Below, in pieces: positions 53,204-64,000 of a DNA stretch of 64,000 bases. The notes under the pieces are model-generated. The model worked only from the letters and a program-made list of their open reading frames with translations, made no database searches and had not been told where the DNA came from. Position numbers and translations under genes: made by a program. Location of the stretch: the NCBI RefSeq assembly GCF_006345805.1, contig NC_043010.1, forward strand, positions 42,532,001 through 42,596,000, given 5' to 3'. Positions within the stretch are counted from its first letter, which is position 1, and each line of letters starts with the position of its first letter. Source of the DNA: Octopus sinensis (lineage: Eukaryota).

Positions 53204-54028
53204 TTTCCTGAAAAGCTATTAAAGAAACAAATTATTATTTGTCTGTTTGCAATCTAGGATCTGTCTAAATGAAGCTTTCCTTGCTCGGTGGTATTCCTTG
53301 CAGCGAGCTGGCAGAATCGTTAGCATGCCGGGCGAAATGCTCAGCGGTATTTTGCCTGCCACTACGTTCTGAGTTCAAATTCCGCCAAGGTTGACTTTGC
53401 CTTTCATCCTTTCGGGGTCGATTAAATAAGTACCAGTTACGCACTGGGGTCGATATAATCGACTTAATCCGTGTGTCTGTCCTTGTTTGTCCCCTCTGTG
53501 TTTAGCCCCTTGTAGGTAGTAAAGAAATAGGTATTCATGCACTTGTGAAAAACTTTTGTTTAAACATGTTAGGGCATGTTTCAATAAGTATGGTCTGGAA
53601 AACAACATTACTTATGGTATGACATAATATTATCAGATTTGTCACATTTGACATTTGGTTTCATAAAACTTCCCTGTCCCACAGAGTTACTTTGCTGGAG
53701 TCCAGTGATGGAGTAGGTGTCCCTCCTTTTCTGTGTGGTAGCTATCACTGGAACAAAAAAATTGGCTATGAATATTTACTAAAGTTTAAAAACCCACCCA
53801 CACACCAACCCATCCAACAAATGAGACTGTGAGAGAAAGAGAGAAAGAGAAAACAAAGTGACAGTCTGTCCATAGATGTGACTTGCAGGGCTTTGCTTTT
53901 TTTTACCCGTTTTTGTTAAACAGTTGCTGATCTTTCAAATGACTTCCATAGATTTAATACAAATATATTGATTCAAACATGTCAGTATATATTAAAATAC
54001 AGTTCTGAAAGAATCAAGTATGATATAA

Positions 54029-54634
54029 AAAATACTTAAGGGATACTAAATTACTTGCATTTATAACAGGCATACAGAGAAGATCAGTATTAACACCACT
54101 AAATTCCCAAATACTGTTTTCATTAATATTGCAATTTCCTCTGAAAAATTATTTTAGCAATATCAATATGTTCTTGAAATCTATACTATGCATTAATATC
54201 GTTATTTCTAAATTCACATTCTCTTAGTCAGTTTGGTTAATATTCTCTTCATAAGAATGCAATGTAGATACGCTATTTTATTTTATTTTTTCTCTCTCGT
54301 GTTAGATTACACATGTGATATTGCATATCATGTTATTTGGTTTTATTGGATCAATTTAGTCATTGTTTACAGATTTTTAGCTAGATCTCAGATGAAAATA
54401 TTTCCTTGCTTATGTTTTATCAGTGCCAACTTTTCATCTTCTTAATTTATGAGTCTTAATATTCAGTTTCTTCCTCCTAGCATATAAAGCAGATTGATTA
54501 CTTGAGTATCAGATTGATTGCGTATTTTCACTGAATCGTTATTTGCTTTTATCCCACATTACAGATCAAGTGTTTGCCTTCTTTTTAGAATGCAGCTTTT
54601 ACAGTTGAAGATTCAGTTGTTTACTCGTTTCATA
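54029..54634 (+). repeat. ~600-bp direct repeat, copy 1 (copy 2 at 62142-62743)
   Basis: The two copies align end to end with scattered substitutions and small indels; no ORF or TIR seen. Confidence 0.9.
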
Positions 54635-55398
54635 ATAAAATGGTTTATTTAGCCATCTTTTCATCTGCACTATATTTACCTTAGTTTTGCAATTAAACAT
54701 CCACAATGTTTTCCCATTTGATTGACCTTTTCATTTAGAAATCTGGATTTTCATATGCTTCTTTTTTTTCCAATCTATGAGGTACAAGCATGGCCATGTG
54801 GTAAGAAGTTCACTTCACAACCACATGGTCTTGGGTTCAAGTCCCTCTATGTAACATCTTAGGGAAGTGCTTCCTACTATATTCCTGGGCTGACCAAAGC
54901 TTTTGTGAGCGTGTATGTGTACATGTGTCTGTGTATGTGTATATGTGTCTGTGTATGTTTTTATATCAGTTCATATTCTCATCTTCCTTCACATATGTCT
55001 TTTGGTTGTAAACAATTGCTTTGCTCTTCATGTGAACGGTGTCATTTGTTTCCAGTTCTCTTTGTAACCATGTCTGGGCTATTTGTTGTTGATAGACTGG
55101 GAGATTATTACTGTACTTAGAAATAGGTGGAGATTGGCACCAAGAAAGGCACCATACGAAACTTTGTCCCAACTTTGATAGTGATGATGACAACAACAAC
55201 AACAACAACAGCAAAGACAACAACAATGCATATACTGTTCCCTTCCACACATTTTATAGATATTGTTCTTATTCTGAATATTAATCCACATTCCTACCAG
55301 ATTATAGACAAAAATATTTAACCTAAAATCCATTCTCTACATATCCTTTGTTGTCTATATACCAGACATACAAGCAGGAAACTTTGTATATATACCCC

Positions 55399-55452
<54 letters not shown>

Positions 55453-57736
55453 ACACACATGTATGTATGCATGTGTATATGCATGTATGAATGAACGAAT
55501 AAATGAAGTGTGTGCGCCTAATACACTAATTTCATTTCACATTTTCTAATACTGTCTCATTTCTAGCCATTTATTTGCAAATAACTGTCTCTGATTATAG
55601 TGTCCAGAACATCATGTTTCTCTATGCTATTGCAATATACTTTAAATTGAAAGCTTGATTGAATCTCACATGTTTTTGTTTCCCTTATCTACATTTATTT
55701 TATCCTATTTTCACAATTTCTTCATTGTTGGTTTTTGCTTGGATCACTTTGTTAAACTCTAGTTCACAAATCTTTTGTACATTTCTTTTTCTTTTTTTTT
55801 TTTTTCAATCTATATAACTTGTGAATAAGTACCTACCTTTATCCTAGTTCAAAAATTGATCTGTACATTTATTACCTTAGCTGACACACTCTACAACAGG
55901 TTCTGACAGAAAGTCTATCCATTATATGTTTAAAAAATTGTCCCATTCTTAGTGACACAAAAATACATATATTTTTTTTTAATTGTTCTTTTATAGTTTA
56001 TCTTTTTTTTATTCATTTCTAGCTTCCTGCTATTATTTGTTCTTCATTTATCAAACAATCACTTTACAATCTTGCCTTTTTACATTGTCCCATCTATGAT
56101 TGAATTATCTTACTTCTACACATTATGTGATAATGTGTATTGAAATGTGTTTCAGATACCAATCATTTATAAATTACTGATTAGAAGGAATATATTTCAG
56201 AAAACATGGTTGTTACTGTTACATTACCTTCAAGAGAATCAAGATAATAAAATTCTGGACTTTAATGACCGAAACCAATTGAAGAAATTGGCTCAACACC
56301 AGTAGACAAGTCAAAATTGATCTAGCTTGGCACAGTACCATTTTATCAGCATTTATCACAAACATATATAATAAAAGTTATGGAACAGCTACAGAAAATA
56401 GGACGGGAAAGAAAATCCCTTTCCAATAATTTTGAAATTGATATGAAGAAATGTGATGTCAGAAATAAAATAATGATAGACTTCAACTGAAGTTTGTTGT
56501 TGATGTGGCTGTAGATAATCTTGGCTTTCATTAACATCTCCTGAGGAAAGATAAGAAGTATAAAGGTGAAAATAGCAGTAGAGATTGTTAATGGAAACAA
56601 TAACGAAAGTAAGAAATGAAAGTGAGTAAAAGAAATAATAAAGAAAATGTGATATAGCTGAAAAGGAAGAAGATAAAAATGAATAAAGAGGAATGAAATT
56701 ACAATGAACAGAAGAGGAAACTAAGAAAGAAGGAAAGGAAATGAAGAGGAAAAAGAATAAGATTAATGGTGGGAATGAAAAGTAGGGAAGAAAAAGGCAA
56801 AATAACAGGGGCCATACACTTATATCGGAAATCAAAACAACCATGAAATTATTGAAATATGGCTGACATCAGAGTTCAAGACAGAAATAATTCTATGTTG
56901 GAACATTATTCTTATAACTCCAGGCTTTGCTTTTAGTCATTTGCTATATTCTATATTCAGGCACATATTATACATTTGCTCTGAGAGGCAAAATAATCCA
57001 TACCAGTATCTGTGTTCCTTTGCTTTTGTATGTGAATAATAAGATATGCATTGTTATTATTGGATTGTCAAAATAATTAGAGCAGCAGATAAAATGCCTT
57101 GAAAAATTTGGATACAGTTCTGTATGTCCTGAGCTGGAATCTTGCAACGGTCAACTCTGCCTTTCATCCTTATGGTGTTGATAAAATAAAGTACAGTCAA
57201 ACACTAGGGCTGCTTTGATCAAATAACCCTTTTCTCCAAAAAATATCTGGCCTTGTGCCTGCATCAGAAACAATCATCATCATCATTATCACCACCATCA
57301 TCATGTTTTCAACAACTTAGTACAAGTTTCTACTGCACCACTAGGTACATCTATATCCCTAAGGTGTTTGCCACACTGTCTTCAAGGATGTAGAGTTGTG
57401 ATTGCATATACTACATTAGATTTGTTGTAGGATTTGTTTTGTGGTTGGAATGGTTATCTTAATATTTCCCCTATCATATAGAATATGTGCATTATGAGTT
57501 GTGTTATTTTGTTGGGTGGTTTTTGTGATTTATATGTTCTGTGTGGATTGTGATAAGTGTTTTAGTATCAGTTAGTGATCATGTAAAATAATTAGTTCTG
57601 TATTGTTTTGTGTTTTGTTAGTGGCTTGAAACTGTGTGAGCATTTTAGTGTTATGCCATTGGATACAGAATAAGGCTATGTATTGCATTATTTTATCAGT
57701 TGCTATTGTGAAGAACATGTCATGTGTTATACAGTT

Positions 57737-57855
57737 TGGAGATGACTCTGTAAAGTACATGTTGTCTGGAGATGACTCTGTAAAGTACATGTTGTCTGGA
57801 GATGACTCTGTAAAGTACATGTTGTCTGGATGTAATTCTGTAAAGTACATGTTGT
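57737..57855. repeat. 30-bp tandem repeat x ~4 (tggagatgactctgtaaagtacatgttgtc)
   Basis: Direct reading; no spacers. Confidence 0.9.
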
Positions 57856-59463
57856 GCAAGTTGTGTTATTTTCTTCCCACTAATAAAGGGAAAGTCAGTA
57901 CCCATGAACCTTTATTTTTTAAGGCCTTTAAAACTGGGCAGGAAGGATAGGAAGTTTTCCTCAAATTAGGGACCTAGTCCAGACATTTGTGATGAGGTGT
58001 GGATGCTGCTAAAAGCTCACAAGAACCAGCTGCAGATGTTTAAGCCGGGCAAAGAGCCAGAACTGCATACTGTAAAACATTCTTTTTGCTACTTTAACAA
58101 GTCCACTTCTCTTTAGCTGGGGAATATCTTTTATTTTCTCAACCCTAATAGGATAAAATATAGAATTGACATAGGTGGGATTTGAACCTAAAGTGTGGAG
58201 AGCCAAGATAAATACTGCAAGATACTTAGAATTCTGTGCTAATAACTTTTCCACTTCACCAGGGGATAATTATTTTTGTGTGAAAAATGCATTGTGTTCA
58301 GACTGTTTAAAACTCTTTTCGTGGGTTTGCAGAATTATTTGAAAGTCAGACAAAATATCATGCAGTATTTAGTCAAACCTCTTTATGTTTTCCTCTATCA
58401 CATGGCTCTGGCAAAAAAGATTGGTGGACAAGGCTAAATTTACTGAAGACAGATACTTCTTCTTGAATTAGAAAGAAGGATAAGGACAGAGAGAGAGGTT
58501 CGTTCCACCCATAAATTTGTTAAAAGATGGTTGACAGTGGTGAACATAGCAAGAGAGTGGTTCTATTTTAAGCAAGCATTTGTAGATCTGAGGACAACAT
58601 GTAAGAGAAGGTATTTGCTCTTAGTAATCAATATAATTCTGAATCAGTAAGTGTTTTTTTATTGATCCTGGTTAGAGACACCCCTGTTTCACCATTTATT
58701 TCTATACTATAAAGAAATTTGATTTCATTTGTTGCTTTTCCTGACTCAATTTTTGAGAAAACTGCCCCGCCTCTGTCACCACTTTATATTATCTGTCTTT
58801 GTAGTGTCTCCTTCATTTGGTGCCCCAAAGACAAATAAAAGACTAATGTTATCATCATCATTGTCATTGTTGTTCAGTGACAGAAATGATAATTTATCTC
58901 TGCCTCTTATATTCCAAGATCAAAGTCTCAGTTCCATCATCTGGCAATGACTTTAATCTGCCTTCACTCTATAATTCTTTCTACTATAGGCACAAGGCCA
59001 GAAATTCAAGGGACAGGACTAGTCAATTACATCAACCCCAATATTTCACTGGTACTTAATTTATCAACCCCAAAAGGATGAAAGTCAAAGTCAACCTTGG
59101 TAGAATTTGAACTTAGAACATAAAGGCGGACAAAATACTGTGAAGCATGCTAACGATTCTGCCTGCTTGTCACCTGACCTTCATTCTATGATTAGGATAC
59201 ATTAATATCATTACTTGATAATCTGAAAAGATGGTGAAATCGACAGTTGCAATGAAATTGATGGTTAATCTTGTATTTGAATATGGTTACATATATGTAT
59301 GCACACACATACATACATGCACACATACATAATACATACATACACATACATACATACATACATACATACATACATACATACATACATACATACATACATG
59401 TATTCATTCATTCATTCATTCATTGTTATTCAATTAATATATTTCAAATATTTATTTCTTCAG

Positions 59464-59759
59464 AAAATTTACAGTTGATCGGGCCTCTAGAACAAAAAGT
59501 AAAAAACTTTTATAATTCCTGCCTTTTGGAGAGTGATGGCTTCAAACAAGATATCCGGAAAAAAACACTTGACTCTTTGAAAAAACTTATCCATAAAGTT
59601 GGTGGCTGGAGTTTTAAAAATGCCACCAACAGTACAATTTTATATCCTGAGTGGACATTTGAGTCTGTTTTACTTGAGATACATCTCCTGGACATATGGC
59701 CTCTATTTCGAATCACAGTTGATGTTGATGAAATGGATCTGTCAAGGAATATATTCAAG
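59464..59759 (+). CDS. M13 peptidase exon 3
   Basis: tttatttcttcag| acceptor and AAG|GTAATA donor; 296 bp, phase 1 to 0. Reads (E)NLQLIGPLEQKVKNFYNSCL...LKKLIHKVGGW...WPLFRITVDVDEMDLSRNIFK, matching the ECE/NEP motifs KxKxFYxSC, LIxxxGGW and PLFxxxVxxD. Collinear with exon 2 with no obvious missing segment. Confidence 0.93.
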
Positions 59760-59900
59760 GTAATACACTACATTGTTGCTTTTGTTTTCTTTCCATTTTA
59801 CTAATGTATTTCTTAAACACCTGATGAGATTTTATTTATATTCCACTACGATTAATGACATTGTGACATTAGTAGCCATTCACTTGAAAGAGAAATTTAA

Positions 59901-60076
59901 TTCTTTAGTATTTAAACTGGCCATATCCAGGCTCTCTCACCTACTCTATAATGTTATTCTAAAAATAAAGAATCACATCATTGAAATCTTGAAACTACAA
60001 GATAATGCATAACTAATTCAAAACATTGTGAATAAATAAACCTTACATTTGTTAGAGTAATCTGAATGCTAAAGGG
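59901..60076. mobile_element. piggyBac-like MITE
   Basis: TTAA flanks; right terminus gaatgctaaaggg; degenerate left terminus ttctttagtattta. Confidence 0.55.
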
Positions 60077-60224
60077 TTAATCATATAATATTTAGATTTG
60101 TGTGTGAAAATATCTGTGGTTAATAAGTCAAATAATATATGGCTGTGATTTGTTACACTTAAAACAAATACAGCTCAATAACAACTGTCCTCTGATAGAA
60201 CTTGTTTTTGAAACATTGCTCCTT

Positions 60225-60364
60225 AAAGTGTTATCTCTAATGACTGGAGTACAAGTATCATCATCAATTGGTTAAAGGAAAAGAATTAGCACTAAAGAAA
60301 AGCAATTATAGAAGTTACAAACAGTTGAAATAAGTTTTGAAAGTCATTGATAACATTTTAGCAA
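60225..60364 (+). repeat. 140-bp direct repeat (second copy 60980-61119)
   Basis: One mismatch seen between the copies. Confidence 0.9.
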
Positions 60365-60724
60365 TTCTCTATAATAATGCTTCAATGATAAAAATATTTA
60401 AGGAAAAATACATTGTACTAATAATCAAAAGATATAAGCAATTTGGTTTTATATGCTTATCTTACTTAGAATTATGTTTCATTCTATAACATGCTTGTGG
60501 TATTATGTAGTGGGCTCAGAAGCTGTGGCAGAAAGCAGGTTTCACAAGCAATATCAAAGTAGCAAGGCATCGGATATATTTAGCCTGGATAGAAGCTAAG
60601 AATCAGCTATTCAGTAATGCTCTGTGTTCTGAGGTAACGGTTTCAAATTGCTAAGCAATGCACTCATATAAAGTAAGATGCCATTAAGAAAAGTTTGCCT
60701 GCTATGACAATAGTACACTGACTC

Positions 60725-60910
60725 TCAGTAATGAGAAAAAGAAAGAGGTGTACAAGTAAAAATAGGAGACTGTTGAATGAGAATTTTGAACTGCATGGCA
60801 AGAGACTAATCTATATAAAACCAATAGAGTGGTCATCTATCAAGTTAGCTATCAAGGCTACTAAGGAAATGAAAGCAAGGAAAGCAACAAGTCCAATGAA
60901 GATTATACTG
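60725..60910 (+). mobile_element. Possible old RTE-type LINE remnant
   Basis: LLNENFE...AIKATKEMKARKATSP resembles the pre-RT AIKxMKxGKAxGP motif. Confidence 0.25.
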
Positions 60911-62141
60911 ATCTATTGATGACACAAAGATATATAATTCATACATTCAATACTTGTCTAATTAATACGATGGTGTAAGAAAGTGTTATCTCTAATGACT
61001 GGAGTACAAGTATCATCATCAATTGGTTAAAGGAAAATAATTAGCACTAAAGAAAAGCAATTATAGAAGTTACAAACAGTTGAAATAAGTTTTGAAAGTC
61101 ATTGATAACATTTTAGCAAGTTAGAGCAACATAAGAATAAAATGCAATCTGGGCTGTTGTTACAGATGCTTAATCACTATTCAACACTGATTGGGAAGAA
61201 TTGTAAGCATTATTCACTATATACATCCATTTTTTTTTTAAATAGTAAAATGTAATTTTCAAGGATATTTGCTTGTTAATACCTCAAGCATTAACATACA
61301 GTCTCCCTTTGATGCACTTGTCTTTGTACTAGTAATTCTTAAATGCATTTTGCTCACCTGCAAGAGAAGTTATTACTTCAAGAAAAAATTTCTCAACCAT
61401 GCATGAGTAAACCCAGAAAGGATTTTGGACAGCATCCTACTCTCTAAAACCAAAGAAAGTGACATACAGATACAAAAAAACTGGTGAGAGCACCTGAAGC
61501 TATGTAAATTAGTGAGTGGAGGCTGTAAATAAAGTTATGGTTCTCAGCAAATTCAGGGAAGAATTTAATACAAAAGTAGTTTCACCAGATTTCTTATTTT
61601 GTTTTATTTGTTAAATCTAGTTATTGGTAATAGACTGGTTATAGGTGAAAGAGCTTGCTTTGAGATGTGACATTCTTCTGAGAGCCTCACATAATAATAT
61701 ACATCTTTTAGTCATAGGAGCAAGAGCAGAGTACCGTTGACCCTTTTCGAGGCCTCCAACATTGGTAGGAAGATGGAATGAAATTATCTTTAGAGTGGAG
61801 ACCTGATCCAAATATTTGCAACTGAATGGACTCTGCTAATGGATTCAGGGGCAAGTGGGATTTTAATGGCAAATGACTAATTAACTCTATCTCACAAGAA
61901 TAAGAAGGTTATTTTGACTGGTTTCCACAGTCTCCATCTCTCAAATTACCCTTACAAGACTTTGATGAACCCAAGTCCATTGTAGAAGACTTGAAGAAAC
62001 TTGATCAAGATACTGCACAAGGGGATTGAACCCAAAAGCACATAGCTTCAAAGCAAACTTAAACCACACAGCAATATCCATGATCATACCCATCCAAACA
62101 CTCATCATATATACAGTCCTGAAAGAAACAAGAAAGAAGTT

Positions 62142-62743
62142 AAAATACTTAAGGGATACTAAATTATCTGCATTTTATAACAGGCATACAGAGAAGATCA
62201 GAATTAACACCACTAAATTCCCAAATACTGTCTACATTAATATTGCAATTTCCTATGAAAAATTATTTTAGCAATATCAATATGTTCTTGAAATCTATAC
62301 TATGCATTAATATCGTTATTTCTAAATTCACATTCTCTTAGTCAGTTTGGTTAATATTCTCTTCATAAGAATGCAATGTAGATATGCTATTTTATTTTTT
62401 CTTTCTCATGTTAGATTACACATGTGATATTGCACATCATGTTATTTGGTTTTATTGGATCAATTTAGTCATTGTTTACAGATTTTTAGTTAGATCTCAG
62501 ATGAAAACATTTCCTTGCTTATGTTTTATCAGTGCCAACTTTTCATCTTCTTAATTTATGAGTCTTAATATTCAGTTTCTTCCTCCTAGCATATAAAGCA
62601 GATTGATTACTTGAGTATCAGATTGATTGCGTATTTTCACTGAATCGTTATTTGCTTTTATCCCACATTACAGATCAAGTGTTTGCCTTCTTTTTAGAAT
62701 GCAGCTTTTACAGTTGAAGATCCAGTTGTTTACTCAATTCATA
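62142..62743 (+). repeat. ~600-bp direct repeat, copy 2
   Basis: See 54029-54634. Confidence 0.9.
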
Positions 62744-64000
62744 AGGTATATGAGGCTGTAACACAGCAATCAGTACTGTTGTGCAAGAGAGCTTTTATAA
62801 AGCAGAATTCCCATTGCTGAATCTGTAGAAGAGCTGCAAAAAATTCCAATCTTACAAAAGTGACTCAGTAAAAAAAGTGCCTAGCAACATAAATTCTAGT
62901 ACCTCTGGGAAATACCTTAATTCTACATATAAGAAAAAGTAGGAGGAAATTTGTTACATAGCACAAATAATTGGGTACTCAACAACTATAACTTTTGTGT
63001 CGGCAGTTTGTGCAAAGTAGGAAGGTAAAGATGGGGTAGAAGAATTTCAGGAAGCTGCTGCTTCTCTTGATAAAGTAATAAAGAATTTCTCTTGGTGATA
63101 GAGTGTATAAAGAATATGTAGAAAGTATGATGCTGCATGGTTTTGTGATATGAACACTGAATATGCAAGAAAGGCAGAGTGAAAAACAAATGGTTAGGCA
63201 TGATCTACTGTATGTGCACTATTAACTTGTATGAAAAGCAGACACAGTGAGCTGAGGGATTGACTTAGCTTAAAATGTATCAGCCATTATATGCAGTTGT
63301 CCGTTCTTGTTTGTCCCCTTTATGTTTAGCCCCTTGTGAGCAGTAAAGAAATATATATGCAGAAGAGATTACTGCAGCAGCTTAGATATGTGCCACAAAT
63401 GGTCAATAAATAGTAAGAAAAATGTGTAAGGAGATAATAGTGAAAGACGCCTATTACTGGGGATGTCAAAAAAATCATAGGCAGAATTGGTGAGGTCAGA
63501 ATACAAGATGATCAACTCAATCTTAGAGATAAGATTTCTCAGAATCAACACAAGTAGAAATCTGTCGAACTGTCTGTGTGAATATAAAACAATTAAGATA
63601 ATTCAAGTGGAAAATTATGCTATGGATGTAAAACTTTATAATTGGTAAACCAACACAAATTTATGAAAGCTTAGAAACATCTTTTGTGTCAGTGTTTGTT
63701 CCTCACCATTGCTTGATAAAACCGATGCAGGTGTGTTTACATCCCTGGAACTTAGTGGTTCTTCAAAAGAGACCAAAACAATAAGTACCAGGTTTTAAAA
63801 AAATGTAAGTACTGGGGTTGATTTGTTCAACTAAAATACACCAATTCCACAAGCTAATGGCTGAAACAAGTAGAAGGTAAAAGATAAAAGATAAGCTTAA
63901 TGGTTACTAAGACTGGATGACTAGACATAAATTAACAAAGACACATTGGTAGGTGTGTGAACATTTTGGAAAATAAAAACATTACTAAGTATATAGTTGA

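Noticed and set aside
57572-57950. CRISPR-like 30-bp repeats and repeat-protein ORFs
   Set aside because: The repeats are directly adjacent with no spacers, there are no cas genes, and the context is eukaryotic.

Overview
AT-rich, microsatellite- and retroposon-dense eukaryotic genomic DNA. The repeat landscape suggests a cephalopod such as Octopus (inference, not verified). The only firmly supported gene is the 5' part of a + strand M13-family zinc metallopeptidase (neprilysin/endothelin-converting-enzyme-like, type II membrane protein). Three phase-compatible coding exons lie at 8391-8601, 12121-12330 and 59464-59759, with a 47.1-kb second intron; the catalytic HExxH region lies beyond the window. 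The rest is mostly transposon debris: at least four SINE-like families, RTE, R4/Dong-like and CR1-like LINE fragments, mariner and maT-like (DD37D spacing) relics, and hAT, piggyBac-like and possibly Merlin-like MITEs. Structure not explained by simple annotation includes candidate antisense exons nested in the large intron, three fold-back palindromes, a templated insertion inside a mariner, ~600-bp direct repeats bracketing exon 3, and a 16-bp minisatellite born inside a SINE. Most ORFs in the supplied track are microsatellite artefacts. No CRISPR array, rRNA or true tRNA gene is supported.
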